Positions 39,108-49,346 are shown, numbered from the stretch's first letter. The stretch is 64,000 nucleotides of DNA from Anaerolineales bacterium (GCA_016789025.1 JAEURC010000013.1:94-64093), one strand, 5' to 3'. Translations and numbers: made by a program. The notes: generated by a model from the sequence alone, not told the origin.

Positions 39108-40049
39108 TCAAGCCAGAAATTTCAAAATCAAGCTGGTCAATCTCTCTGCCCTATCATAGTCAAAATGATGGTCGTTGAACAGATTGACAACCTCCCCCGC
39201 CAAAGCCTCCGCCACCGGCGCGCGCCCACCGGACATGATGCCCGCCAGCGAGGCGTAATGCGAACTGGCGAACAACCCGTCTGCAAAAATCTCATCCATG
39301 AGCCGCTTTTTATTCTTCACGCGGATGTTGAACCGCCACGTTTGATATGGTCCCTGTAATTGTATCTCCATTGGCAGACGGGCTAAATACACCGCATTCA
39401 TTCTTCTTTTTTGCAGCAACGACAATTCCAACGCGATCTCGACCATACGGCGATAGTCCTTCCAGTCGGGCAGGTCTCCTTCCGTCTGCAACCAATCGCT
39501 ATAGTGATAGTCAAATCGGGCGCGGCGTTGAATGGCGGCTTTGTAGTCTCTTTCGAGTTCCTCGTGATGCGCGGGATCGAATTTCAACCGCGTGAGTTCG
39601 CACTTCACGTCATCTTTCATGAACGCATACCCGCCAAGATGCAGATCAACGGTCTTGGCATAACCCGTGCTGAACAAGGTCAAATCGGCGGAAGATTTCG
39701 CATCGAAAGAGGGGATGCACAAACAACGGTCATCCACGATCAACATTTCGGGGTTCAGCGACTTCGCCCGCGCGAAAAAATCGTCAGGCGTGGACTCTTC
39801 CCCGTAGGTGTGCGCGTACAACAAGCCGCCGACATCCTGCTTCTTTATCCGCTCTTCCGCTTGTTCCAAATCCATGTGCAGGGACTCTGGCGAAATGTCC
39901 ACAAACTCGAATGGGACGCGCGCCTTCATGAACGTGATCGGCACGATGGGGCAAATATTCGCTGGCAACAGCCATGACTTTTCCTGTTTCTGGCTCGCCA
40001 GCAAATGATAGAGGATCGCAGAAGCGCGCGGGGCGAGGATGGTTTTCAT
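39108..40049 (-). CDS. DegT/DnrJ/EryC1-like PLP-dependent enzyme (short form), putative sugar aminotransferase
   Basis: LLPANICPIVPITFMKARVPFEFVDI...LIVDDRCLCIP...FSTGYAKTVD follows the layout of sugar aminotransferases, including a candidate PLP lysine. Confidence 0.45.
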   Translation of the reverse strand: MKTILAPRASAILYHLLASQKQEKSWLLPANICPIVPITFMKARVPFEFVDISPESLHMDLEQAEERIKKQDVGGLLYAHTYGEESTPDDFFARAKSLNPEMLIVDDRCLCIPSFDAKSSADLTLFSTGYAKTVDLHLGGYAFMKDDVKCELTRLKFDPAHHEELERDYKAAIQRRARFDYHYSDWLQTEGDLPDWKDYRRMVEIALELSLLQKRRMNAVYLARLPMEIQLQGPYQTWRFNIRVKNKKRLMDEIFADGLFASSHYASLAGIMSGGRAPVAEALAGEVVNLFNDHHFDYDRAERLTSLILKFLA

Positions 40050-40058
40050 GGAAACTCA

Positions 40059-40144
40059 CCACAGATAAACTCAGATAAACACCATACATTGATGAGTAGA
40101 GGAAGGTTTATCAACCCATTCAGTTCATTCGTGTTTATCTGTGG
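40059..40144. repeat. Palindromic element inside the glycan operon spacer
   Basis: CCACAGATAAAC(TCAGATAAACAC) ... GTGTTTATCTGTGG inverted termini fill the 95-nt gap between two genes. Confidence 0.7.
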
Positions 40145-40780
40145 TTAAATATTTTTTCGCACAAGAATCGTGAAATCGTACAACCCGTAATCGTGGAGCA
40201 ATGCCACGTTACGCGAAAAATTGCGTTTACAAAAATCGAAGAAAAATAATGGGTCGGCATAAAAGAGGTCTGGACGCTGCGCCATGCGGTCGGCGTCGGA
40301 ATATTTCGTGAGCATGTTGAAGGCGAATCCCTTCGAGCAGAGCGCGTTCATGCGCCCGAGGGTCGCGCAGGCAAAGTTCTGCCAGTTGTCATACGATTCT
40401 TCCAATTTGATATTGAAGATCGCGCCCGCCAGCAAATAATCCACCATCGGAACCTCGCTCTCGTTCGTGGTGAAATGCGCGTTGGGAAAATCCTTGTGCG
40501 CATCACGCCCAGCGACAACCATCTTTTCGAGCAGGTCAATGCCGTAGTAGTCGAACGTCCAACCTTTACTCCGCAAGAAATCGAACATTCCTCCATAGCC
40601 GCTTCCATAATCGATGACAGAAAATGGTTGCGAGGCATCGACAACCTTCACGAGTTGTTCGAAGCGAAGCGCCTGCGATTCGGGCCCGTTGTAATCCACG
40701 CCTTTGGGCGTCGCGCCGAACTCTTCGAGTTTCTCGACAAAGTATTCGCCTAGTTTTTTCTGGGTTTCATCCATGCTCAT
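40145..40780 (-). CDS. Class I SAM-dependent methyltransferase
   Basis: VIDYGSGYGGMFDFL motif I. ATG 40780 has AAGGAA upstream, whereas the track start 40804 is TTG. Confidence 0.75.
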   Translation of the reverse strand: MSMDETQKKLGEYFVEKLEEFGATPKGVDYNGPESQALRFEQLVKVVDASQPFSVIDYGSGYGGMFDFLRSKGWTFDYYGIDLLEKMVVAGRDAHKDFPNAHFTTNESEVPMVDYLLAGAIFNIKLEESYDNWQNFACATLGRMNALCSKGFAFNMLTKYSDADRMAQRPDLFYADPLFFFDFCKRNFSRNVALLHDYGLYDFTILVRKNI

Positions 40781-41483
40781 ATTCTTGTTCCTTTTGCTTC
40801 TCAAAAAAATCGCCCGCTTTACTTCCTGTCATGAACAACAAATCCAGAATGGAAACATACGGGTCATAGGGCGGATGCATCTGCGGGTATTCGGGGTAGG
40901 TATAGTCCATGTATTCGAATGTGATCCCCGCCGCGTCGAATTTTTCAGGCTCCATGTAGGAACTCGCCGAGGGACCGCAGAGGTAATGCGTCGCGCCAAC
41001 CCGTTTCAGCACGTTGATCACGCGATCGGTCTTTTGTCCCTCGATATTCGATAACTCAGAGGAGCGCATGAACCTTGTAGAGGCGAATCCCAGTTCACGC
41101 GCGAGGCGGATCGAAGCCTCAATCGTGAAATCGGCGAGGAATTCGTCGCGGCGTTGGTATAGCTCTTCCAGCAGGGGCAGGTATTCCTTGAAGTGAGGCG
41201 ATTTGGAGTAGGAAATCGTCAGGGTCTTGAGATGACTCTTTGACCAGGGCTTGGACCAGTCGATGCGAACGTCTTTGATCGGCACGCCTTGTGTAACGCC
41301 TTTTGAATTTACAGGGATCGTTAGCCATTGTTTGCCCTGATGCGTTTTGATCTGGTTGCGGTTGCGCCAGCCGTGTTTATCGTATTGAATATCATCGTAA
41401 AAGATGAACAAGTCTGCGCGGCGGATCTGGTCGAAGTAGCCGCGCCACGGGATGTATGAAGGTTGTAATATGACTACGTTCAT
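40767..41483 (-). CDS. WbqC family protein
   Basis: MNVVILQPSYIPWRGYFDQIRRADLFIFYDDIQYDKHGWRNRNQIKT matches the WbqC-like N-terminal signature. Confidence 0.8.
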   Translation of the reverse strand: MNVVILQPSYIPWRGYFDQIRRADLFIFYDDIQYDKHGWRNRNQIKTHQGKQWLTIPVNSKGVTQGVPIKDVRIDWSKPWSKSHLKTLTISYSKSPHFKEYLPLLEELYQRRDEFLADFTIEASIRLARELGFASTRFMRSSELSNIEGQKTDRVINVLKRVGATHYLCGPSASSYMEPEKFDAAGITFEYMDYTYPEYPQMHPPYDPYVSILDLLFMTGSKAGDFFEKQKEQEYEHG

Positions 41484-42394
41484 TTGCCCGCCAGTTCAGA
41501 AACAATGTACGTGGGACGATCCATACTGCGGTCGAACATGCGCGCGAGATATTCGCCAAAGATCCCCAGCGCGAACAGTTGCGCGCCGCTGAACAACGCG
41601 ATGATTGACGCAAGAAATGGGAAGCCCGGGATGCCGCCCTCCATAAACGAAATGACGATCACATAAATAAACACGCCCAACCCGAATACGGTCATCACAA
41701 AACCGATCCAGCTTGCAAGTCGCAATGGAGTGGTGCTGTAGCCCGTGAGGATCAACAGCGCGGCTTTCACCAACGCGGAAAAATTATAGTTCGAGCGCTC
41801 TTCGGGTCTTTCGATCTCAACGAGAACCGATGTGAAGCGCGACGTGCCCCACGAGAGCAATACGTCAATGATCAACGTGGGACTTTGAAAATTGGTGAAA
41901 GCGTTGCGCAACTCGGTGCGGAAAGCGCGAAACGCGGAAATATGTTTCACCGACGAGATACCCATCACGCGCGCGAGAATGTTTTTGATGTTCGCGGTCA
42001 TCGCGTTACGCACAAATCCCTGCGGTAATTTTTTCGGCGCGCCGTAGACCACGTCGAATCCGTTTTCGAGTTGTTTCAACAAAACGGGAATCTCCTCGGG
42101 CGGATGTTGCAGGTCTTGATCCATCGTGATCGTGATCTCGTATTGCGCGGCGCGGACTCCGCACAGCGTGGCGTTGTGCTGACCATAATTCCGCATCAGG
42201 CGGATACCCCTCACCCACTTGTATTTACGCGCCAACTTTTGGATCACATCCCAACTATTATCGGGACTGCCGTCATTGACAAGCAAGACTTCGTATTTTT
42301 TTGAAAACGTGGGGAGAGATTTCGCCAACCGTTCGACAAGCGGTTCGATCAACGCTTCGCCGCGATAGACAGGGACAACAATGGAAATATTCAT
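41480..42394 (-). CDS. GT2 polyprenyl-phosphate glycosyltransferase (ArnC-like)
   Basis: SIVVPVYRGE, LVNDGSPDNS, MDQDLQHPPEE, and two C-terminal TM helices. Confidence 0.8.
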   Translation of the reverse strand: MNISIVVPVYRGEALIEPLVERLAKSLPTFSKKYEVLLVNDGSPDNSWDVIQKLARKYKWVRGIRLMRNYGQHNATLCGVRAAQYEITITMDQDLQHPPEEIPVLLKQLENGFDVVYGAPKKLPQGFVRNAMTANIKNILARVMGISSVKHISAFRAFRTELRNAFTNFQSPTLIIDVLLSWGTSRFTSVLVEIERPEERSNYNFSALVKAALLILTGYSTTPLRLASWIGFVMTVFGLGVFIYVIVISFMEGGIPGFPFLASIIALFSGAQLFALGIFGEYLARMFDRSMDRPTYIVSELAGK

Positions 42395-42420
42395 CGGGAC
42401 GCTATTCTACCCCAACAGAT

Positions 42421-42505
42421 ATGTCACTCTGAAGGAGCGTTTTTCAGCGACTGAAGAGTCTCGTTTGTCGGGACAGAGACCCTTCGCTATCGCTCAGGGT
42501 GACAT
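42421..42505. repeat. Family-B palindromic element, copy B4
   Basis: ATGTCACTCTGAAGGAGCG ... CGCTCAGGGTGACAT. It is roughly the reverse complement of the copy at 50742. Confidence 0.8.
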
Positions 42506-42539
42506 ACCTTGAGGGAATTGAATTATTCTACCATCCGCT

Positions 42540-44231
42540 TCACAATCGGACCCCGTGCCTGTCTGTCAAAATGGACAGCGCGCGCGCCGCCTCGGCTTTT
42601 TTCTGCTCCCCATCCCAGCTGAGGATGTCGCCTAGCGTGTGCGTAAGCTCGAGGATTCTCTCGCGGGTTAATTGTCCCAGCATGGCAAGCATGGATCGCC
42701 TCAAGAGAAAATCATCGAGGTGAATGATCTTTTCGTGTTGCACAAGATAGGCAATTTCGCGGAAGGAATAATCGGGCAACGACTTGAGCGTAGCATCTGT
42801 GCCGCTGTTGATGTAGGTGGCGATGGCTTCGGCGCGGGTGCCGTAGCGTTCAAATAAGATTTTCAGTCGTTCCTGAGAAACACCCGTCCACGCGAAGAGG
42901 CTTCCCATTTGTCGATTCGGCTGCTCGATATCGCGCACATAGCCGCGTCCACCGCCGATGGGCAGGGAGCGCGTGTCGCGTTTACGCGTGAGGCCAAGAT
43001 GAGCAAGCGCTTTGTCCGTCGCTTGTTCTGAGAATGCGCGGAAGGATGTCCACTTGCCGCCGACGAGGGAGTAGACCGGGAAGGTGAGGTTGGTCCAATC
43101 GCCGCTTAGCACTTCGATAGTGTGATCGCGCGTCACGGCGCTGACGTTTTTGCCGGTGGAGCGCGGGAGCGGACGAACACCCGAGAAGTGGAACACGATG
43201 TGGTCGCGGGTCAGGTTGAGGTCCGGAAAGACCCGGCGAGTCAACGAGAGGAAGTAATCGATCTCTTCGTCGGTACAGCGCATATCGTCCACTTCACTCA
43301 CCAGAATATCCGTTGTGCCGATGAGCACTTTATCAAAAAGTGGAAAGAGCAATACAATGCGACCGTCTTCATTCTCGAAGAAAAATTCATGGTTGCCGAT
43401 CGCCGCGCGAAGTTCAGGATGATCCACCACGATGTGCGAACCTTTCGAGCCTCCGATGAAATGAGACGATACGCCCAGTTTCTTGTTCGCCGAATCGATC
43501 CACGCGCCTGCCGCATTGATGACCAATTTCGGGCGCACATCATATGATTCATCCGTGAGTTCATCGCGCAGGATGATAGTATCCTCCGCGCCACCCACCA
43601 TGCTAAGGTAATTGAGGGCGCGCGCGTTCGGATTTTCAGATTCGGCATCGAGAATCAGTTCAATGCCGAGGCGTTCGGGGTTTGTGATCGCGCCATCGTA
43701 ATACACGGCCGTGTTGACGATGGCCGGGTTGAGGTTTCCCCACATGGACAGTGATTTGGAGCGCGAGAAAAATTTATGGCGCGGCACAGTCTTTTGCGCG
43801 CCTGTGTATGCGTCGTACATCATCAACCCAAGTTTGATGATGAGCGAGCCGCGCTCGCCAGGTTTATCCATCACGCCAAAGAATTTCAGGGGCGCGTTGA
43901 GCAGACCCGAAAACCGTTTGAAAATAGGAATGACTGTGGGAAGCGGTTTGACGATGTGCGGCGCGTTCTGCAATATGAGGTTGCGCTCGCGCACGGCTTC
44001 GCGCACTAGACGAAATTCCCCATTCTCGAGATAACGAATCCCACCGTGAGCCATGTGCGACGAGGCGGACGATGCGCCCGAACAAAAATCGCCGCGCTCC
44101 ACGAGCAGAACATCCACGCCGTTGATGGCGAGGTCGCGGAATGTGCCAATGCCATTGATCCCTCCGCCGATGATGAGGACGGAGGGGTTGGGATTTTTTT
44201 TGAGGGCGGAGAGAGTTTCGGAGCGATTCAT
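42540..44231 (-). CDS. glpD: FAD-dependent glycerol-3-phosphate dehydrogenase
   Basis: VLIIGGGINGIGTFRDLA...GASSASSHMAHGGIRYLE. Operon context with glpK and glpF. Confidence 0.85.
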   Translation of the reverse strand: MNRSETLSALKKNPNPSVLIIGGGINGIGTFRDLAINGVDVLLVERGDFCSGASSASSHMAHGGIRYLENGEFRLVREAVRERNLILQNAPHIVKPLPTVIPIFKRFSGLLNAPLKFFGVMDKPGERGSLIIKLGLMMYDAYTGAQKTVPRHKFFSRSKSLSMWGNLNPAIVNTAVYYDGAITNPERLGIELILDAESENPNARALNYLSMVGGAEDTIILRDELTDESYDVRPKLVINAAGAWIDSANKKLGVSSHFIGGSKGSHIVVDHPELRAAIGNHEFFFENEDGRIVLLFPLFDKVLIGTTDILVSEVDDMRCTDEEIDYFLSLTRRVFPDLNLTRDHIVFHFSGVRPLPRSTGKNVSAVTRDHTIEVLSGDWTNLTFPVYSLVGGKWTSFRAFSEQATDKALAHLGLTRKRDTRSLPIGGGRGYVRDIEQPNRQMGSLFAWTGVSQERLKILFERYGTRAEAIATYINSGTDATLKSLPDYSFREIAYLVQHEKIIHLDDFLLRRSMLAMLGQLTRERILELTHTLGDILSWDGEQKKAEAARALSILTDRHGVRL

Positions 44232-44296
44232 ATTATTGTATAGTTGGCGTTCTCTAACGCCGACAGATGCGCTAGAGAGCGCATCCTACACCAATT

Positions 44297-45805
44297 TTAT
44301 TCAACCCAATCAAACGCGCGCGTGACTGCTTTCTTCCAACCTGAGTATAACTTCTTTCGCACTTTTGAGTCCATTGTGGGATTCCATTGTTTGTCGCGCC
44401 CCCAGTTGTTTTTCAATTCGTTGAAATCCTTCCAAAAGCCGACGGCGAGTCCCGCCGCGTATGCCGCGCCGAGCGACGTGGTCTCAGCCACTTTCGGTCG
44501 CACCACAGGGACGTTCAATATGTCCGATTGAAATTGCATGAGCAGTTCATTGAACACCATGCCGCCGTCCACTTTGAGCGACGTTAATTTCACGCCCGAA
44601 TCTTTTTCCATGGCGTCCAACACTTCGCGCGTTTGATACGCGGTCGCTTCGAGCGCGGCGCGGGCGATGTGTCCCTTGTTGACGTAGCGCGTCATCCCGA
44701 CGATCACGCCGCGCGCGTCGGATTTCCAATATGGCGCGTAGAGTCCACTGAACGCGGGGACGAAATAGATTCCGCCGTTATCTGCAACGGATTTCGCCAA
44801 CGCCTCCACCTCCGCCGAAGATTGGATCAATCCCAAATTGTCCCTCAGCCATTGAACCAACGCGCCCGCGATCGCTATCGAACCCTCCAACGCGTAGACG
44901 GCTTTGCGATTCCCGATTTTGTATCCCAGCGTGGTGAGCAATCCCGCTTTGCTTTGCACGGGCTTCGCGCCTGTGGTCACCAACATGAAACAACCCGTGC
45001 CGTACGTGTTCTTCGCTTCGCCCGCCTTGAAACAGGTCTGCCCGAACAACGCGGCTTGTTGATCGCCGAGGTCGCCGGCGACGGGAATGCTCTTGCCGCC
45101 GTCCTCGGCGGCGAGGACGCCGCCTCGAGCATTAATATACCCATAAATTTCCGACGATGATTTAATTGTCGGCAACATCGCGCGTGGGATGCCAAGCGCC
45201 TTGAGAATCTCCTCATCCCAATCCAGCGATTTGAGATCCATCAACATCGTGCGCGAGGCGTTCGTCACATCGGTGACGTGCTCGCCCGTGAGATTCCAGA
45301 TCAACCATGAGTCAATTGTCCCGAACAACAAGTCCCCTTTTTTGGCTTTCTCTTTTGTGCCTTGCACGTTATCAAGAATCCATTTTATTTTTGGACCAGA
45401 AAAATATGTGGCAAGCGGCAAGCCCGTTTTCTTGCGAAAGCGATTCTGTCCTCCTGATTTGGCAAGCTTCGCGCAGATGACATCTGTCCGCGTGTCTTGC
45501 CAGACGATGGCGTTGTAGACTGGTTTGCCCGTATTCTTATCCCACGCAACAGTCGTCTCGCGTTGATTTGTGATTCCGATCGCGGCAATGTCTGCGGACT
45601 GAAGGTGTGCGGACTTAAGTCCGCGCTCCGTAACCTCAAGCGTATTTTCCCAAATCTCCAACGGATCATGTTCCACCCATCCGGGCTTTGGATAAATTTG
45701 TTTGTGTTCCTTTTGAGCAACGGCGATTACATTCCCGCCATGATCGAAAATAATGAAACGCGTACTGGTTGTCCCTTGATCAATCGCCGCGACGTATTTT
45801 GCCAT
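44297..45805 (-). CDS. glpK: Glycerol kinase
   Basis: [18 protein letters not shown]...PGWVEHDP and conserved FGGY-kinase blocks throughout. Confidence 0.95.
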   Translation of the reverse strand: MAKYVAAIDQGTTSTRFIIFDHGGNVIAVAQKEHKQIYPKPGWVEHDPLEIWENTLEVTERGLKSAHLQSADIAAIGITNQRETTVAWDKNTGKPVYNAIVWQDTRTDVICAKLAKSGGQNRFRKKTGLPLATYFSGPKIKWILDNVQGTKEKAKKGDLLFGTIDSWLIWNLTGEHVTDVTNASRTMLMDLKSLDWDEEILKALGIPRAMLPTIKSSSEIYGYINARGGVLAAEDGGKSIPVAGDLGDQQAALFGQTCFKAGEAKNTYGTGCFMLVTTGAKPVQSKAGLLTTLGYKIGNRKAVYALEGSIAIAGALVQWLRDNLGLIQSSAEVEALAKSVADNGGIYFVPAFSGLYAPYWKSDARGVIVGMTRYVNKGHIARAALEATAYQTREVLDAMEKDSGVKLTSLKVDGGMVFNELLMQFQSDILNVPVVRPKVAETTSLGAAYAAGLAVGFWKDFNELKNNWGRDKQWNPTMDSKVRKKLYSGWKKAVTRAFDWVE

Positions 45806-45882
45806 GAGAAACCTCTACCCCATTGTAAAACAAAAGTCCCCGCGAAGAACAGCGAGGACTCTTTTCTTTCCTCTTTCGTCTT

Positions 45883-46602
45883 TCATTTCTTCTTTGGCGG
45901 CGTCTTTACGGCTTCCACGTCGCCGCTGTTCAAAAACTTGAACACGCTCACCGCCAACGCCGACCCCAGCAATGGACCAACGAAGTACACCACATAAAAG
46001 ATCCAATTTGCAAGATCGGGATTCTCCAGATCGATGGACGTTGCAAAGATCGCGGGACCGAACGAACGCGCCGGGTTGAGCGAAGCGCCGCTCATCGGTC
46101 CACCGGCGAGGATGGCAAACGTCACGGTGAGACCGATCGCCAGACCGGCAAACGCGCCAGCCCTGCCCGCCACCATGCCATGCAACACCATGTTGACGAG
46201 GAAGAAGGTCAACACCGCTTCAACCGCCATGGCAATGAACGGTGAAGGGCTGGTCAGCAAGCCGATCGTCGCGCCTTCTTGAATGCCGTTCACGCCGATG
46301 TTCCCCACAAAAAGATTCAGCGACAATGCCGCGATCGCCGCGCCGAGAAATTGCGCCGCCCAGTAATACGCCGCGTCGCCCCACTTGACCGTGCCGTTAA
46401 GCGCCAGGCCGAACGTCACCGCGGGATTGAAATGCGCGCCCGAGATATGCCCATACGCATACACAAACGTCGCGATCACCAAACCGTGCGCCAGCGCAAC
46501 CCCAACCAAACCGCCAAAACCAGAGACCGCCGCGCCCGCGCCGATGAACACCAGCGCAAACGTGCCGATCCATTCAGCCACAAACACTTTTGCATTGAAC
46601 AT
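45883..46602 (-). CDS. glpF: MIP family channel (glycerol facilitator/aquaporin)
   Basis: Two NPA motifs (HFNPAVT, SLNPARS). ATG 46602 is preceded by GGAGGAAG. The longer track ORF would overlap fmt. Confidence 0.9.
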   Translation of the reverse strand: MFNAKVFVAEWIGTFALVFIGAGAAVSGFGGLVGVALAHGLVIATFVYAYGHISGAHFNPAVTFGLALNGTVKWGDAAYYWAAQFLGAAIAALSLNLFVGNIGVNGIQEGATIGLLTSPSPFIAMAVEAVLTFFLVNMVLHGMVAGRAGAFAGLAIGLTVTFAILAGGPMSGASLNPARSFGPAIFATSIDLENPDLANWIFYVVYFVGPLLGSALAVSVFKFLNSGDVEAVKTPPKKK

Positions 46603-46652
46603 GCTTCCTCCAGAAATTGATTTGAACATAAAACCCCTCGCAGGATAAGGAG

Positions 46653-47567
46653 TCACGCCCAATGACGCGCGCCCGCAAGAAAGGATTTTCCGCTCATGGA
46701 TTTTTTCCCAGCCGGTTGAACTTCATCCAGGATGAGAACCCCGCCTCTCGCGCCGACGGCGGGCTGATTCGCCTGCGTCAGCTTCTGCCCCGCTTCGTAG
46801 GACAAATTGACAATTTGTCCCATGCGCGCGCGATGGATTTTGAGAGTCGCCCCATTGAACTCCATGAACGCGCCGGGCCACGGGTTCAACGCGCGGACTT
46901 GTCTTTCCAGTTCGTTCACATCGCGCGTGAAGTCGAGTCGCCCATCCTCTTTTTTCATCATAGGCGCGTAGGTTGACAGCGAATCATCTTGCGGAGTTGG
47001 TTGAATCTCGCCGGCGAACCAACGCGGAAGTGTCTCGATCAACAAGTCGGCTCCGAGGTGAGATAACGCGTCGGTGACTGAACCAGCTGTCCCGTCGGGA
47101 GGGAGGCGCATGGATTTCTTCGCCAGCATCGCGCCGGTGTCGAGTCCCGCGTCCATTTGCATGATGGTCACGCCCGTCTCTTCATCCCCGTGCAAAATCG
47201 CGGCATTGATGGGAGCCGCGCCGCGCCATCGCGGAAGCAGGGACGCATGCACGTTGAGGCATCCAAAGCGCGGCAGGTCCAGCACATCCTGTTTGAGGAT
47301 CTGCCCGAACGCCGCAACGACGATGAGATCGGGTTGCCATGCGCGTAATTGCTCCATCGCTTCAGGCGCGCGGAGTTTTTCGGGTTGCATGACCGGGATG
47401 CCCAACTCGAGCGCGAGCGTTTTCACCGGCGGCATCTTCACCTCGCGCCCACGCCCCGACGCGCGATCGGGCTGTGTGACCACGCCCACAACATCGTGCA
47501 CACCAGCCAGCGTGCGCAGACTCGGCAATGCAAATTCGGGAGATCCCATGAAGACGATTCGTGTCAT
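46653..47567 (-). CDS. fmt: Methionyl-tRNA formyltransferase
   Basis: MTRIVFMGSPEFALPSL, HASLLPRWRGAAPI, and the C-terminal domain. Confidence 0.9.
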   Translation of the reverse strand: MTRIVFMGSPEFALPSLRTLAGVHDVVGVVTQPDRASGRGREVKMPPVKTLALELGIPVMQPEKLRAPEAMEQLRAWQPDLIVVAAFGQILKQDVLDLPRFGCLNVHASLLPRWRGAAPINAAILHGDEETGVTIMQMDAGLDTGAMLAKKSMRLPPDGTAGSVTDALSHLGADLLIETLPRWFAGEIQPTPQDDSLSTYAPMMKKEDGRLDFTRDVNELERQVRALNPWPGAFMEFNGATLKIHRARMGQIVNLSYEAGQKLTQANQPAVGARGGVLILDEVQPAGKKSMSGKSFLAGARHWA

Positions 47568-47675
47568 TATGTGATTCTAGCATAGTAACATTTTTGCAAG
47601 AAAAGCCAGTTGCGCTTTGCCTGTAAAGGTTGTACAATTGTGGAAATTCAACCTAGTTTCACCTCGGAGGCTTAA

Positions 47676-47984
47676 ATGGAATCTTTTGGGCAGGGACCTT
47701 CTCAATCAATGGATGCTTCAAGCGATGACAAACTTTGGGCGGCACTGGCTTATGTGTTCTCGCCTCTTGTTCCGATCATTATCATGCTGATGGCAGACAA
47801 GAAAGATCGCCCGTTCATCAAAGCACACAACACGCAAGCTTTGGTGCTCGGAATCGTCACAATCGTAACTTCTACGTTTTGTGTCGGTATCCTCATCTGG
47901 TTCTACCAGTTGTACTGCGGGTATCAGGCCTATCAAGGAAAGTTGGTTGAGATACCATTAATCTCTGGAATGTTTAAGGGATAA
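47676..47984 (+). CDS. DUF4870-like small membrane protein
   Basis: KLWAALAYVFSPLVPIIIMLMADKKDRPFIKAHNTQALVLGI, with GGAGG upstream. Confidence 0.7.
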   Translation: MESFGQGPSQSMDASSDDKLWAALAYVFSPLVPIIIMLMADKKDRPFIKAHNTQALVLGIVTIVTSTFCVGILIWFYQLYCGYQAYQGKLVEIPLISGMFKG

Positions 47985-48002
47985 CCAACCTCTCAATGAA
48001 TT

Positions 48003-48040
48003 AAAAACTCACTTGGATAAAAATTTCCAAGTGAGTTTTT
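48003..48040. terminator. Bidirectional terminator hairpin
   Basis: AAAAACTCACTTGGA TAAAAATT TCCAAGTGAGTTTTT between convergent genes. Confidence 0.75.
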
Positions 48041-48087
48041 ATTGTTAACGAAGGTTCGAAGCAACAAACTCAAGATGAATCGATGAA

Positions 48088-49212
48088 TTACTTGAGATTT
48101 AAGAACTCAACTATTGCGTCAGCAAATTCTTGATATTCCGGTGTGTTGAACTGCGACTGAATACTTTTCTTAAGCGCATCAGAGTACGACGAGCCGCTTG
48201 ATATATAACCTAAGCCAGGAAAATATTTGGCAACCTGATCTCGATTTTCTTCATAAGCAATCGACAGCAATCTATCCTCAACGTTATCCTCAATTCCTCT
48301 AACATCAACACCTGTCTTGTAACTAACAATACCAGTTTCTGTACTAAAACACATACATCCCATGTCGGTTAGCTCTAAATTCACAAATTGATTATAAAGT
48401 AAAACTTGAAGGTGAAATTTGGATGGAATTTTCACTGATGCAAGGGTCTCAAAGGTAACTCGACTAAATTGGCTTACTAGGATCGAACAAGTTAATGAAG
48501 TCGCCTTATCTATCCAAGTAAATCCTTTCGATTCATCTAATTCAACAAAATCGATATCTTTATTGGTTAGGAATCTAGATACCGCCCCCAATAAAGATGC
48601 TCGTTGTTCAGATGACGGTTTTTTAGGTAGCACGCTCTTTCCCCCCATGTTTTGTAACGCCTCGTCCACAGACGATCCTTTCTGAAGTACTTGGATTCCA
48701 TGTGGAAGATAATTCATCGAATCAAGACCGTTTTCTAACATATTCTCGAGTAAAGCTTTTCCAGGTCTAAGATTTTCCCCGTATCGCATTTGTATTTTAT
48801 ATACAAAACTCCAATAAAGTTCATCATTAATATCTATTGGCCGAACCTCAATGCATCCCACTTGTAGCATTGAATTTATCTTCGACCCTAATTCAAAAGC
48901 TTGAGATCCACGGGAACGATCCAATTTTTCCATTGGCGTGAATAAAAGACTCACTCCTGTGCCAGAATTAATATTTGCTATACAACCAAAATCCTTAAAT
49001 GTTAGTCCACGTAATTGCTTTCTACTAACAAGCGTTAATTTCTCTGGAACTTTAATTGTCTCCAACCCTTTAGAATTAAAAAGGAGCAAAAGGTTATTAA
49101 AAACAGGCGCATCATTCGGATATTCTTTCAGTGTCTTATGAATATCCGCGGCTTCTGCGAACCCACCTAGTAATTCTCCACCAATTTGAAGCATATCAAA
49201 CAGACCTGGCAT
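48088..49212 (-). CDS. Hypothetical protein on a strongly AT-rich islet (possibly tandem YbjN-like domains)
   Basis: Uninterrupted 374-codon ORF in DNA visibly far AT-richer than its flanks. No motif recognised. The second half loosely resembles YbjN-type domains. Confidence 0.5.
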   Translation of the reverse strand: MPGLFDMLQIGGELLGGFAEAADIHKTLKEYPNDAPVFNNLLLLFNSKGLETIKVPEKLTLVSRKQLRGLTFKDFGCIANINSGTGVSLLFTPMEKLDRSRGSQAFELGSKINSMLQVGCIEVRPIDINDELYWSFVYKIQMRYGENLRPGKALLENMLENGLDSMNYLPHGIQVLQKGSSVDEALQNMGGKSVLPKKPSSEQRASLLGAVSRFLTNKDIDFVELDESKGFTWIDKATSLTCSILVSQFSRVTFETLASVKIPSKFHLQVLLYNQFVNLELTDMGCMCFSTETGIVSYKTGVDVRGIEDNVEDRLLSIAYEENRDQVAKYFPGLGYISSGSSYSDALKKSIQSQFNTPEYQEFADAIVEFLNLK

Positions 49213-49346
49213 AAAATCCTCCTGTGATGTTAGAATTTTTCCACACAGTTTTAATATTATAATACCGATCTAATTTAGACAACAACAGATTTTGACAGTC
49301 TAGTGAGATTGAAAATCAATCCCATTTCAACAAATCGGAGGAACGT

